DNA from: Phallusia mammillata
Taxonomy: Eukaryota
Assembly: GCA_965637545.1 (NCBI GenBank)
Contig: OZ281494.1
Span: 1,364,001 to 1,428,000, forward strand
Length of the DNA stretch: 64,000 nucleotides
Direction: 5' to 3'
The stretch's first letter is position 1. Every line of letters starts with the position of its first letter. This document shows positions 10,262 through 23,600 of this stretch, in pieces. The translations under genes and the position numbers were made by a program. Below the pieces are notes generated by a model. It was not told where the DNA came from and did not search any database. It saw nothing but the letters and a program-made list of their open reading frames with translations.

Positions 10262-13200
10262 ATGACTGGAGATTGGTTAAACACAGTTTTAGAAATTTAT
10301 CTGATGGTTTATTGCTTGCACGGACAAACTGAAAGTAAGTGTCAATTATCAAAGAGTTTTGAACATGCGCATGTTTAATTTCAAACAAATCAAACAAATA
10401 GGGATAAATCATTGTATGTCAGGCCTATCGAAGGCGCTATACATAATAAAGTCGATCTCGCAAACATTCCAGTATGACAAGGCATTAGAAATATCACAAC
10501 TGCTGTGGGATAAAAACCATGAAAAAAGCCTTTCAGGGTCACCCGGTCTGCCAACTGAGAGGGTTAGTTCTAATCTCGTCCAATATCAAGCCACACACAC
10601 AATTGCTTGTCACTTATGCTGCACATGTCAGCTTTGTAGGAGGCATTGTCAGTACGACTAAACGTTTGGGGATTTTTTAACTGAGGGCACATATAGTGGA
10701 GCTTCAGAAATAGAGATACCACTGGGCAGCTAAGATTAACATCTAATCAGCACTAAACCGTTCATCACAGCAGCGATTACGGCATAAACATTTGTGAATG
10801 AGTGTACGCCAGACTCATTAAAGACGATTTACCTTGTTGATGCCTTCTGATACACAAGGCAACCCGGACTGGCTTGATTAGTTATAACGCCGTCAATAGG
10901 ACGCTTTGGGACTAATCCCTGTTGTAAATGTGTGTCTTTCAAAGTCAAACATCGGTAAAACTGTAGTTTCAGCGCGATTTAGTCAAGGTATATGCATTAC
11001 GCACCGACGAAAAACAAGAAAACTTTGTAGGTTGCGAAAACAAATTTCAAGCAGTGAAGGACAGTGTGTTAATATTATCTGACGATCTTGTGGATGCAAA
11101 GACTGCACAGAAGAAATGTTTTTTGCTGGGTGGAAATCTTGCAATGACTGATGACCCACAGATAAACACAACTCTTACGCAACTCATGACAGACAAATAC
11201 ACAACAGGTTTGTTTGATGGAAATAGTAAATAGTCATTGATTTAAATGCAAGAGTTTGCAGCGACAAAACTCATTAATTCAGACCTATTGTTGATTTACA
11301 TTAGAACATAAATCCACTGTATAAAACCGAGTTGTTGTTTAGATTTGCAGCGGGTTTATGTTTTTTATGATCAATCAAAACAATACGAACGATGCAGGTA
11401 CTCAAAAAATCCGACTGAAATTGATTTCTGGAAATCAACCAAATCTCTCGGACATCTGTGGTATTTCGACTTGTATAAAAGGTAATACACATTATTAGTG
11501 ACGAAGTCTAATTTCAAAACTTGACGAATGTTGGTTTTGATCAATAGTGGTAATTTTAGTAATCAAAGACGTAAAAACTTTACCTATTCGCAACTGACCT
11601 AACACCACTGTACTTAATCATTTTCAGTAAATCTGAAACCGCGATGCAGAAAATTTATTTTTGCGATGCTCCAGGATTCGCCGCACGAAACAAGGCCAAG
11701 TGGGAAGTGTCTATCGGGACAACATGTGACTTCATTTTGAACGGACGTCTAACTGGTTGGTGTTAACCATCTTGTTTACACAAAAATCTTTACACAAAAT
11801 GCACACCACACCTCAGTGGCTACTACACAAAAATTTTCAGATACTCTATCTGATATATTTCAGACGTACTTTCTAAGACTATTAACATGACTGCCCAACG
11901 CTGTAGATAATGTTTTTGTGAAAGTGTTCTCTCAGCTCAATATTTAAGTTCAACAATTTGGCAACATATGTGAGATCTTTCACTTGATTTTCACCATTGT
12001 GCAAAATAGATCACTTGACAAATATATTTTGCAGGTTGGAGGGTAAGATTCACGTTGTATTCTGAAACTGTGAACGGTCAAAAAGAAATATACAACTACA
12101 AAAGTAGAGGCATAAACTCGGACAAGTTGCGCAGTGTTAATCAAACATTTGGAAATTTCTCACAGTACAATGGATCGTTCCTGACACCAGGTGAACATTT
12201 GGTGTAAACAACATAACACACTACTTCAGATTTGATACACCAACGTGTGCACTTTCTAGATATTAAAGTTATTGTTGGAGTTCGTTACAACACGTCGTTG
12301 AATGGTTGGTATTGGAGCGACGGATCTCAGGCAAACTTTCCCGTTTCCAACGTTACAACTTGCCAGCAGGGAGCGTTGCATTATGGGATCGGATGGGAGC
12401 AATCGAGCATGAACTGTGGTAGTGAAACAGCTTACTACGCTTGTCAAGTGAAATGTAAGTAATTACATAAACGAAAAACAAGCATCAAACAATCATTGCA
12501 TATTTCTGGGATTTGTTCCTATACTGTATAAGGTTGTAATTATTGTTTTGTTTGTTTTAGTCGCTGCAAGTGTGGAAGCATTTCCATGCAACGCTTCAAT
12601 TGCGATTGTCAGTTGGACTGGACTTGATCAATTCATCAACAATAACAATAACAACAATCTAACAGCGCAAGTAAGAACTAATTGTACCTGAAGATAATCT
12701 GACACCTAAAATATGTGATTTGTTTCTGGTGTTGTCTTTAGGTTGATATTCATGTTTTGGAAACAAACAGAAGAATTTTGGCATCATATGCAGATTTATC
12801 GACAACAATTGATAACCTAAAATTTTCAAAAAGATATAACATTAAGGTAAACGGTGTTTTAAAGTCGGCGAAAAAATATTTTATATTTATTTCATATGTG
12901 GTGTTTGTACCTGCAGCCTTGTGTTTGATAAAAACAACATCCCATTTTTTATATAAATATAAATGCAAATTAATCCAATTTTTGCTTAAAAAAATCTGAA
13001 AGTATCACGCAAAACAATTTACTCACTTTATTATTTTCAGATCACAACAATCCTTACAGGATGCCTAAAAGCTAACGTCTCAACAACCAAAGTAGTAACA
13101 ACACATGGAAACCCCCCATCGAGTTGCTATCCTAAAGGTAAACGGATGTGTTACTTGTGGTATTTGTATAAAGCTCAAAAAACATTTTCAGTAAACACGA

Positions 13201-16200
13201 CTGCAGAGACATTTCCATGCAACGCATCAACTGTGCTTGTCAGTTGGACTGGACTTGATCAAATCATCAACGAAAACGCACTAACAGCACAGGTACGAAA
13301 CAAAGTGTTGAACTATTGCTTTATGTAATTTTAAACACACATAAAAAATCAAACCAAGTAAACAAGTATTTTCCACCATAAATATCTACAGGTGACGATT
13401 GATGTCCAGGGTTGGAATCGAACAATCTCTGTTTTTTATTCCGACGGTTCCGCAACATTAGAAAATTTTTTAAACTCCACGTCGTATGATATTGAGGTTG
13501 CCAAAGTTTAATTTCACTATTTGCGTTGAAAACTATGCATCTTTTGCTGCAGCTAACAAACATTTTTGTATTCCAGGTGAAAGTGATAGCCACCGGTTCA
13601 GTTGACACTAACATCAAATGCAATCTAACAGTAACAACTCCTGGTAATCCCCCTCCAAGCTGTTTTCCTAGAGATAACACGACCTATCTTGCAAAGAGTG
13701 TTGGAATGATTGCTGGTCTAGTGATCGGGCTGTTGCTTCTGCTACTTGTCATTGTTGGGCTTGTGGTCAAGTTCATTCGTCGAATGCACAGGTTTGATCT
13801 ACCGATTTAGTTTAAACAATTATTGGGTTCGAACGGCGAGTAGTGAATCTTAAACTTAAGAGAAGGAATCTGAATTATCGCCATTAAAAAATAAAACCTT
13901 AATCGGTAGTTATGTTTTACTTATTTTCAAGTGCAGAAAAGACAAGGAGAAGTTCCAAACTGTCAAACAACTGAATCACCTCAAGGTGCCTTTAGTAAAC
14001 TCGACTTGTCCCTGCTAAAAATAAACTAAATTCAAAACCAACTACAACTTCTATTTTTACAACCAAAATTTGTTTGAAGTTCTGAAAAGTTTTTAACGTA
14101 CAATATTACACTTGCATTGGTCGTAGTAACTTGTACACATAACTGACAGGCCCGGAACTTGTAAATAATTGTAAGTACGTATAAAATTTAATATTAAATC
14201 ATAACGCAAACATTTTGGTACTTAGTTTGCTTTAACCTAAAACTTATTCTCTCATTTTCGACAATGTATTTTTTTCAACATGTTTTCTTGTTTTTCTTTT
14301 TTTTTTGTATATTTATGCCAGTCCAACCAAAAACTTTGTTTGCAGTGGCAGACGGTGTGTATCAAAACGTAGCGCATGAAGGCAGATCAAACAAAAACTT
14401 GTTCGAGTTGTTCAAGAAAAATGCTGAGTCAGTACTTCTTTTGGCCAACGAATTTGAGGTTTGACTTTTGTGGTAATAATGTCGAACAAATTTATGTTAA
14501 GCCCCAATCACCACACTGTAGTGTCTTCCCCATGCAATTTGGACGTAGTTTTGGTTTTGCAGCCCTTTCTGAAAGCAGAAATCAAGAAAGTCTAGCGTAC
14601 AAACATCGTAAATTAACAGCGTGAAAAATCATCAATAAACGAACAAAAAACACTTAAAATGGACTTTGGAACTTACACTCTAATCACAAGAACAGCCAGA
14701 CCAAGTGAGACCAATTTATAAACATTTTCAGGAAGTTCAAAACAAAAGCAAAAACAACCAGAGAACAAGGGACGTGTCACAGTTGCCGCAAAATGCTGCG
14801 AGAAACCGCTACAAGGACATTTTCCCATGTAAGTACTGCAACACAAAATGTAAAGTAGCTAGATCAATTAGGTTCTACCATTTGCCTAATTGTTTCATGT
14901 CGGAAACAGTGTATGGCAGAAACAATGTTGCAATGTTTGTCTTTTGCAAGCTCGCAGTAAACCAAGAATAGAAATAAACCTTATTACAAAAGATAAACTG
15001 ATGCTGTTTGCTTTACACTTATAGAGAGGAGTAGTCAAACAAAGTCCTGTTTTCTTAAAACTGACAAATGCTTTCATTAGCACTGCCTTAAAAACAACAC
15101 AGACAAATAGGTTGTGCATAAAGAGCACATTGTGAGAATGTTTTTACAACGGGTGATTCAATTATGCAAACAGTTGCACGTATAACTGGCTTACTGCAGT
15201 AACAACTTGTGTTTGTTTAATAGACGATCATGCTCGAGTAGTTTTGCAAGGAAGCGGTGGAAACGATTACATCAACGCCGCTTATATACCGGGTTACGAT
15301 AACGAGAGGAAGTTCATCGCCACTCAGGGTCCGAAGAAGGAGACAATCAGCGATTTCTGGTTGATGGTTTGGCAGGAAAACTCGAACATCATCGTAATGC
15401 TCACTGGTTTGGTGGAAAACGGAAAGGTGAGTTTTGTTAATTAACAGCTTGGTGTAGAGTGTGGTGTGAAATTTACTGCAAATGCTTAGGTTTGATCTTG
15501 AATATTATGTAATACGTTTATATCATTTGGCTCAGTGAACCTGCATTGTAAAACCATTCAAGTAAGTGTGTCAATTTTAATCCATTTTCTTTTTTCAGTA
15601 ACCACGCCTTCATGCAATGCATCTGTTATCAGATTCCAACCAATGCAGCTTTACAATACGAAGCTATTTCGGTTTCCGTATGCGATGTAAATGAAAGCAA
15701 CCTGTACAATCTGATTACCGTCGACCTCCGGTCTGCAACTAAGGCATTCGTAAGTTAAACTTTTACTTGAACTGTTAACTTTTAAATCACATTTCTTTTT
15801 AGGCCATCGTACAAAGTGAGTATGATTTATGTACGTTGTGCCATTGATGCAAATCCACGTGGCATTGGGCAGTATAAAAATATCACTAAGTAACAGTGCT
15901 GTTCAAAACGTAGCTTAACTTGTTTATAGACTGCCCAGCAATTGCTGCTTGTGCAAGTCAAGGGATGGAGTGACGTGGAACGACCGCCCAAAGAAATTGA
16001 TTTTATCAAAATTATCGAGAAAATGCAACTGATGAAGGCAAAACAGAATTGCCAGTGTGTGTTGGTTGCTTGCAGGTAAACCTTGTGCCTGTATCGCATT
16101 GATTCGTGTCAGCCATAATTTTCAATAACCCTAAACACAAATCGTGTCTACACCTGAAGCCCACCTTCGCTACATTTTCCAATACGACTTGTTCTTTATC

Positions 16201-16480
16201 GCAGTAACGGATGAACGAGAACTGGGACTTTCATCGCTCTGGTGAACATTCTCGAACGTTTGAAGGCTCTAAAGCGGGTGGATGTATTCCGAACTGTGAA
16301 AGACCTGAGAGATATGAGACCGAATATGGTCGACAACAAGGTAGTGTTTTACGTAAGCTTCAGAAATAAAGATTGCGTCTTCAAGCAATGTTTATGTTTT
16401 TACAGGAACTCTATAAATACTGCTACTCGGTCGTCATGCATTATCTGTCTGATTTCGACACTTATTCAAACTTCAAGTGA
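10262..16480 (+). pseudogene. Gene B: intact SP-CTLD/insert-2xFN3-TM, followed by a crippled PTP region (may encode a truncated receptor)
   Basis: Open exons: 10262-10334, 11031-11207, 11343-11481, 11628-11755, 12035-12190, 12260-12454, 12561-12670, 12742-12846, 13041-13137, 13192-13292, 13392-13496, 13577-13791. Lesions: the juxtamembrane acceptor is altered at ~13929-13931 (CAA versus CAG in F); a ~1.5-kb deletion at ~15555 removes the CEQYW, WPD and HCSAGxGR exons; TGA at 16212-16214 in D2. Last exon 16406-16480 is [24 protein letters not shown]. Confidence 0.85.
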
Positions 16481-17689
16481 CATACACCAAAAAATACCTA
16501 GCATAACAAACGGGACAAAATTTATCCAATATACAAATTGTAAGTTATTACGTCAATTCGCACAAGAAGCATCTTTGGTTATTGTTTTTATACGTACTTG
16601 TGCTTACTTGATCTGTCTGTTTGTTTGTTTGTTTGTTGTATACGTGCGCTCAATTTATTCGTTTGTTTGTGTGAAGCACATCTGAGTGAAAATGTCGCAT
16701 GAAAAGCCGCTCACCACAGATACGAATGTTTTCAATGCGTTTCTTTGCTTAAAAATTTTACAACTAACTGTCTCCTGACCCATTGCATTCACTTCAAAAA
16801 CACTGAAAAACTTCCGCAAACTGTTTCAATAGTTTAATGACGACCCTGATCAGTGTTGACTTGCATATTATTTATTTAGAATGAGGTATATGAACACCAA
16901 ACCAAACCTCTCAATACCTTGTCATCATTTTGTAATGTTAACAGTCATTTTAATATCAGAATATCTTCATACGCACATTACGAAAATAAGCATTTCGGGT
17001 ACAACGAAACTTTTTCCCCGAAAATCCCCGAAAATGGCTACGTGGAAAATAAACAAAATCAGCTGCATTGCAAAGAAACGCCCCTTTTTGTTGTTTGGTC
17101 CACCCCAATTGAAAAATTTATCTATTTTAGAATCGGTTTTGTGTTTATATATTTGGTGACGTGTCCAAGCCAAGTCTTTGAAAATGGTTACGTGTCATAA
17201 CGATTACGTTAATATGTTGAACTGCATTAGCCCTACGTTTACGACATGAAGATGTGGCATGCGAATATCAAGACACAAAGGTTTTGTACAAAAATGGGAC
17301 AGTAGATTCTGAATTCCAAGTTTCTTCTACACACTGATACCTTTACATTCATGGAATTCAAAATTGTTCCCCAGAGCGTTTCGATATTAGTCCCCAAAAA
17401 ATTTACCCACGAGTGAAATCATAGATCGACAAAACAACGAAGCACGAAATCAAAGACATTCAGCAGAAATTACAGAAGAACAACGAAAAAACGTTAATAC
17501 AGGAAAATAAACATGTTTCTGAATCGTAATTACGCAAAAATGTGATTGCTCTTGAACTAAAATCAGTCTTTAATGGTTGTTTTTAAAGGGAGAAGTTATT
17601 TGACAACCAACGATAAACGAAACACACACTTGTCCTACGATAAAAGTATTTTTCAAAATAGTTAACAGTGGACAATAAATGCGTATAAG

Positions 17690-20600
17690 TCACTTGAAGT
17701 TAGAATAAGTGTCAAAATCGGAAAGATATTGCATGACGACCGAGTAGCAGTATCTGTAGAGTTCCTGTAACAACAAATAGACATTATTTGAAGACTCACT
17801 AACTGGACAGTGTTTATTTCAGCCCCCAATCGCTAAGTATTCACCAGCGCTCTCGTTATTAGTGTAACGCTCCATAAGGTCACTTACGCCCAATTTGATA
17901 ATTACTGCTTTAATACTTTATTTTGTAATGATTAAACTTATTGCGGAACCACAAACAGGATTTGAAAAACATTACCTTGTTGTCGACCATATTCGGTCTC
18001 ATATCTCTCAGGTCTTTCACAGTTCGGAACACATCCAGCCGCTTTTGGACCTTCAAACGTTCGAGAATGCTGACCAGAGCGATGAAGGTTCCAGTTCTGG
18101 TTGATCCATTGCTGTAAACACATCAATATTACAGAATCAGGTATTTTGCGTTCAGACCAGAAAAACGGCTTTAGGCATTTGTTTTCCCCAGATGAAAGGA
18201 ATGGTTCGCACCCACTAGTTTAAATGGGTTTTAAATGTGTAGGAACTCGTAGTTATATGTCAAAACATGTTGATTATGTTTGAAATCAAACTTAATTAGG
18301 GTAGTTCAACAGGACTTGGTTTCTCAGCTCAGATTTGAGTTTAATTTCGTTTAAAAATTTGCCCGAAAAACAATTACTGTTGACAACAGTAAAGCGTAAG
18401 CTCTTAATGAGCTGCTGTCGCGGTTTTAAATCCCAAATTTATTGAGTTTGGACTTTTCTTCCACTCGCCTTTTCATATAAACGTCCGTATGAGACCGGCA
18501 TAACTCGGCATTTCGCCTCTAATTAGTTGTTGTGCGTTTCCACAAACAAATATTTAGACGTGGTATCCAAGTAAAACATTACCTGCATCCTACCAACACA
18601 CACTTGCAATTCAGTTTGGTCTTTAGTCGTTGCATTTCCTCAATAATTTTGATGAGATCCATTTCTTTCGGGGGTTGTCCCACGTCACTCCATCCCTTGA
18701 CTTGCAAAAGCATCACTTGCTGGGCAGCCTGACACAAAACAAGGGTTTTATTCAACTTTGTGAGAACAACTATAGTTTTGTTGAAAACAAGGAAAGCTTT
18801 AGTGTGGTTTGACTTTGCCATTTCTTTAATTACAAGATAAGGAATAATTCACCACGAAAAAGTGTTAAGATATTTTTTTGTTAAACGGTAAAGAATTAAA
18901 TCGAAACTCTTGTTTGAAACTTAGGCCATTACAGTACGCATGTTTCCATATTTGATATTGCTATACATAACGCAAACTCTCCTTGCCAACCTGTAATAAC
19001 CCTTCCAAAATACTCTCCATACAAAAAAGTATTATAATCTGTGCTGTTCGGAAGTTATTAACTTACAAAGGCGTTGGTTGTTGACCAAACGTTAACAGTT
19101 ATCAGATTGTGAAAGTTGCTTTCATTCACATCACGTACAGAAACCGAAATGTCTTCATATTGTATGGCTGTATTGATTAGAATCTAAAAAAGATGTATGA
19201 TATATAGTAAAGGCCTATTATAGAAAGATATAAACTGTCAAATTTACTTGAATGCTGTTGTCCAAATCAACGACAAGTGAAGCTCCTCGTTCAACGATCA
19301 TCTTCCAGAAGTTTTCTTTTTCTCCTGGACCAGGATTTCTTGCTGCGACAAGGCAGTCTAAAGAGCCATGTTCCTGTAAAGAGAAACCTTTGCATTTGAT
19401 TGACCACACTCCAAAATGCATTCGATTGATCCTGATTGGTTTTAGTGGAATGGTAATTAAATGCAGCATTCTGACTCCAAAAAAATCACATCTCGAAAGT
19501 TATTACCTGGATATATGAAGCATCTAACTGCTGTATGCTTTTATTCTTATTGTTGTTGACTTTGACTGATGTGTTCTTGTCTAAAAACAAATATTGTGTG
19601 TGATAGGATAAAATATTAAATATTTTTAGTGAATTATTTACATGTTCTCAGCTGTGGGTGATTTTCCTGCCATTCTTCGCCAAATCTCCACGATGACAGC
19701 GTGTTGAATTCTTTGTCTTGCATTTTCTTACTAGAACAGAAACCTTTGCTGTTTCATCTTATCAATTAGCCTAGTACTAAAACAATATGTGTACAATATG
19801 CCTAAGCGATCGTATGTCACATTCGCTTATACTGTACATAGCAAAGGTTTAACAATAAAAGTTTCACAAATCAACCGGTTTGGTCAAGTGCTTAAATATC
19901 CTACTATCTAACATACTACTAATCTGTTTGGGTGCAAGTCGTTTTTAAACGATACAAGATAATACAACTACTAAAAGGGTAACAGCCCTGTATCCAAACT
20001 AACAAAATAAAACATTTGGCAGCTAATTAGTCACATTTCACTTGAAGTCATCGACTGGAGTTCAGTCACATCTTTATCTGTTTCCTCCAAACTTTCACGC
20101 TCCATAAGCAGTTTGTAGACGTACATGTATTGTTTCTGTAGAAAATATACACTATTGAAACTGATTTAGGCGATACTAAAATTTGTTGCCAGCACATTAG
20201 CTAAACCAAAATGTTGTAATGAAACGGCAGACGAACAATCGTAATCAAATTTAGTCAAAATTATGGTCAAGTAAACACAAATGTTAGTAATGCTTAAGAT
20301 TCATATTCAGGTTTACAACGCCTCTAGACCAGTGCATGCGCAAATGGTTCACGTTTATTGACGGCGAGAATTATCATGGGGTCCCATACTTACGTAACTG
20401 CTTTCAATGTCAAGTTGTGTATTGAAGATAAAAATACACAGCAATAACATAACTATAGTCATATCGATTAATAACATCAGGCCAACTAAAGTCTAATGTA
20501 AGTAAAGCTTACCGTTCAAAGTTAGGTTTTTTGAAAGTATATGATTAATTTATCAAGTACAATTGGGTGATGATCAGCTTACCACATTTTGAATCATGTC

Positions 20601-23600
20601 TTTTCGATTCTCTCTCATTCTTAACACGGTTCGCGGCACATCTACTGTTCCTTTGTCGTCAAGTTCATGAAACAAAGTGTCCATTGCAATGTAAGTACCT
20701 GTGCGTCCCACTCCAGCACTGCATACAAACATATGCTTCATTTGAGTGATCAAATAAACATGTGGTTGATTAAGTCTTTACCTGCAGTGCACGATGATTG
20801 GAGCATTAGTGTTTTGCAAATTATCGACCATGTTACGTAGGTGGATCATGTTGGATGTAGTTACTGGAATCCCATGATCGGGCCAAGTTGTAAACTGCAG
20901 CTGTGTTACCGTTCGTTGCTCCTGTAAAACATACCCGCATAACTTATAATAACCTTTTTGTAGGGGTTGATAAGATTATGGGCAATCAATCGAACTTGAA
21001 TCAAATTATATCTAGCATCAAACAGTTCATGTTATTTTAATTATATGAAGCGGTTTTGGTCAGAACTTAAAAGGTTATCCAATCTCGAGCTAGTGGATTG
21101 CAAAGACATTCTATTGATAGACGCTTTGTATTTGCTGCAGCTCGTTTGCAGTCATTTCCAGCCTTTTTCTCTACGCCAAACCCTGATGGAAAGATCAGTT
21201 TCAGTTCAATTAATCAACAGGCAAGCCTCGTTGTATTCTAAGCTTTTGTGTTCAAGGAACCAAAGCGGTTTTGAAAACTTGTCAGACTGTTCGGAACAGA
21301 TTTGATATTTTGTTCTTTGTACTTACCCTGTTTGTGAATAAAACCAACTGTCGTTGAAGAATGCCACCGATGGTTATTTCAAGTTGTGTTCGAACTGTAA
21401 GCACTGGCGACAATTCCCTTTCAGATTCAACGTCAGGCCAGTATTGCTCGCACTTTGACTGGTCGAAAAACAAGGTTCGCAACATTAGTGCAAACTGTAC
21501 AATAATTTACGCTTGCTTGCTTCCCTTAAAATGGGTTAAACCAGGGGTGCACAACCTTTTCGCTAAGACGGCCGCATCGCAGATATTTTTCCAACGACCG
21601 CCAATTAACCTAACTGCTTGTTTTTGTTTTTATAATGATTATGTGAATATAGGGTTTGTCCGACATACATAAACCATCTAATGGAGTAAAAGCCCGGATG
21701 ATTTGAAACTTGATCCACAGAGTAAGCTAAACAGTCTTACGAGCAGTCTGAGCTATATTTATGACGTTATAATCTGTATTGTGACGCAAGAGGGGACTGT
21801 ATACTTGCATTGTTTGCACACAATAGGCGTGTGTAAGTGTGATGCACAGAGTTACTAGGCTGGTAATTTTCTTTACAGTCTTACAAAATCTATTTAAAGC
21901 TGTTTGAAAATCAACATATTTAGCAAAGGAGTTTTATTTTCGTCACAGCCACCAGTGCATATATTTTAATAAACATGTTCACGGCCGCACAAAATCGTCT
22001 ATTCGGCGGCAGGTTGTGCACTCATGAGTTAAACATATGTCATGTGGCACGATATGGTCGTTGTAGTACCCAATCATGACATCTTATAAGTTACGTATAA
22101 CTCGAAACCCAAGTATGGCTACGCATTATGCTGATAACAACTTGGTCATTAATCACACCACAGTGGATTACTCACTAAACACTTCCTTGTTTTAACAGTG
22201 CCCTGGCGAATGAAGGTTTATTTTCATAAATGTTTATTAGTGAAAAAGGCAAGCAATAACCAACCTTTCCGTTTTCCCTCAAGCCAGTGAGCATTACGAT
22301 GATGTTGGAGTTTTCCTGCCAAACCATCAACCAGAAATCGTTGATTGTCTCCTCCTTCGGACCCTGAGTGGCGATGAACTTCCTCTCGTTATCGTAACCC
22401 GGTATATAAGCGGCGTTGATGTAATCGTTTCCACCGCTTCCTTGCAAAACCACTCGAGCATGATCGTCTATTTAACAAACAAATCAAGAAGCTAATAGCT
22501 GATCACGTTTCCACGAGATAAACTGATCTGTAATCTGTTTGTTAGTTTTTCGTCAAGAAGGCGCCTGGTTGATTTTTTTTAACAACGATAAATAGTTGGT
22601 AGCATTTGGTAGCAACAAAACAGATTTGCTGATTAGTGTTTTATGTCATTGCTTTTCTGCTTAGGTGACTTAAAAAATACCTTTTCGCGCAAGAATCTAA
22701 GGTATTTATACGTTTTCTACTTACAAGGGAAAATGTTCTTGTACCGGTTTCTCACAGCGTTTTGCGGCAACTGTGACACGTCCCTTGTTCTCTGGTTGTT
22801 TTTGCTTTGGTTTTCGAGTTTCTGAAACAGCAAAATATCCAAATATGAAATAGTTTAAAACTCCGATTTTCCAGCATTATTCTGATGTGACAATAAGGAA
22901 AAGTCGCTCGTGATCATTTTCTCTGTTAAAGCTGATTCAAGTGACATTACAGTGAAAACAATTCATCTGTAAATTATGTTATTTCTGGTGCAATATGATA
23001 ACGCCTGATTAGATGAATTTTCCCCTCGATTTATCATTCTACTGATTGTGACGTTTCCTGGTTTCGATTGTGACGTATAGTCTGTGAATGAACCTTCCGG
23101 GTTTCGCTACGTGTATTCGATTAACAAATCTTACACCAGTAACTAACCTTAAACTCGTCGGAAAAAAGAGATCCTGACTCCACGTTTTTCTTGTACAAGT
23201 CAAACAATTTGGTGGCTCTGCAGTTGGACGCCGCGGTTTCAGGAAATGGGTTTTCGTAGACTTGGTTTTGAACTTGAGGCCCTAACAATTCAAAAATGAA
23301 CAAGTTTTCATCAAATTGTGCTAAAATTATGAAAATAGGTGAAGTAACACAAACAAAAACACTAAACATTGTGTCAGAGTTCATCCAACAAACATCTTTG
23401 AACGCAAATGAAGATGCTAGTTGTGGAATGTATTTCGTACACTTAAAATACTCAACATTTAGTGTTGACTCATAAGTCTAGTACGATTTTTGGCAGTTCA
23501 GATGAGAAATGTGTAAAGTATGCCTTTCTGATGTATGTGTCAGTAAAGACAAAAAAACATAAGACTTTGACAGCAACTGAAAATCCAAGGCTTAAAGATT

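Noticed and set aside
15803-15815. Apparent 13-nt micro-exon (TTTTAG|GCCATCGTACAAA|GTGAGT) in B and F
   Set aside because: It would shift the frame between two phase-0 D2 exons, and D/G splice those exons directly.
16480-17690. Overlapping antisense 3' UTRs of convergent B and D
   Set aside because: Transcript ends cannot be placed from sequence alone, and AATAAA-like hexamers are abundant in this AT-rich region.
17895-22825. Many plus-strand ORFs over gene D (and their copies over G)
   Set aside because: They are antisense shadows or intron read-throughs of the minus-strand PTP exons.
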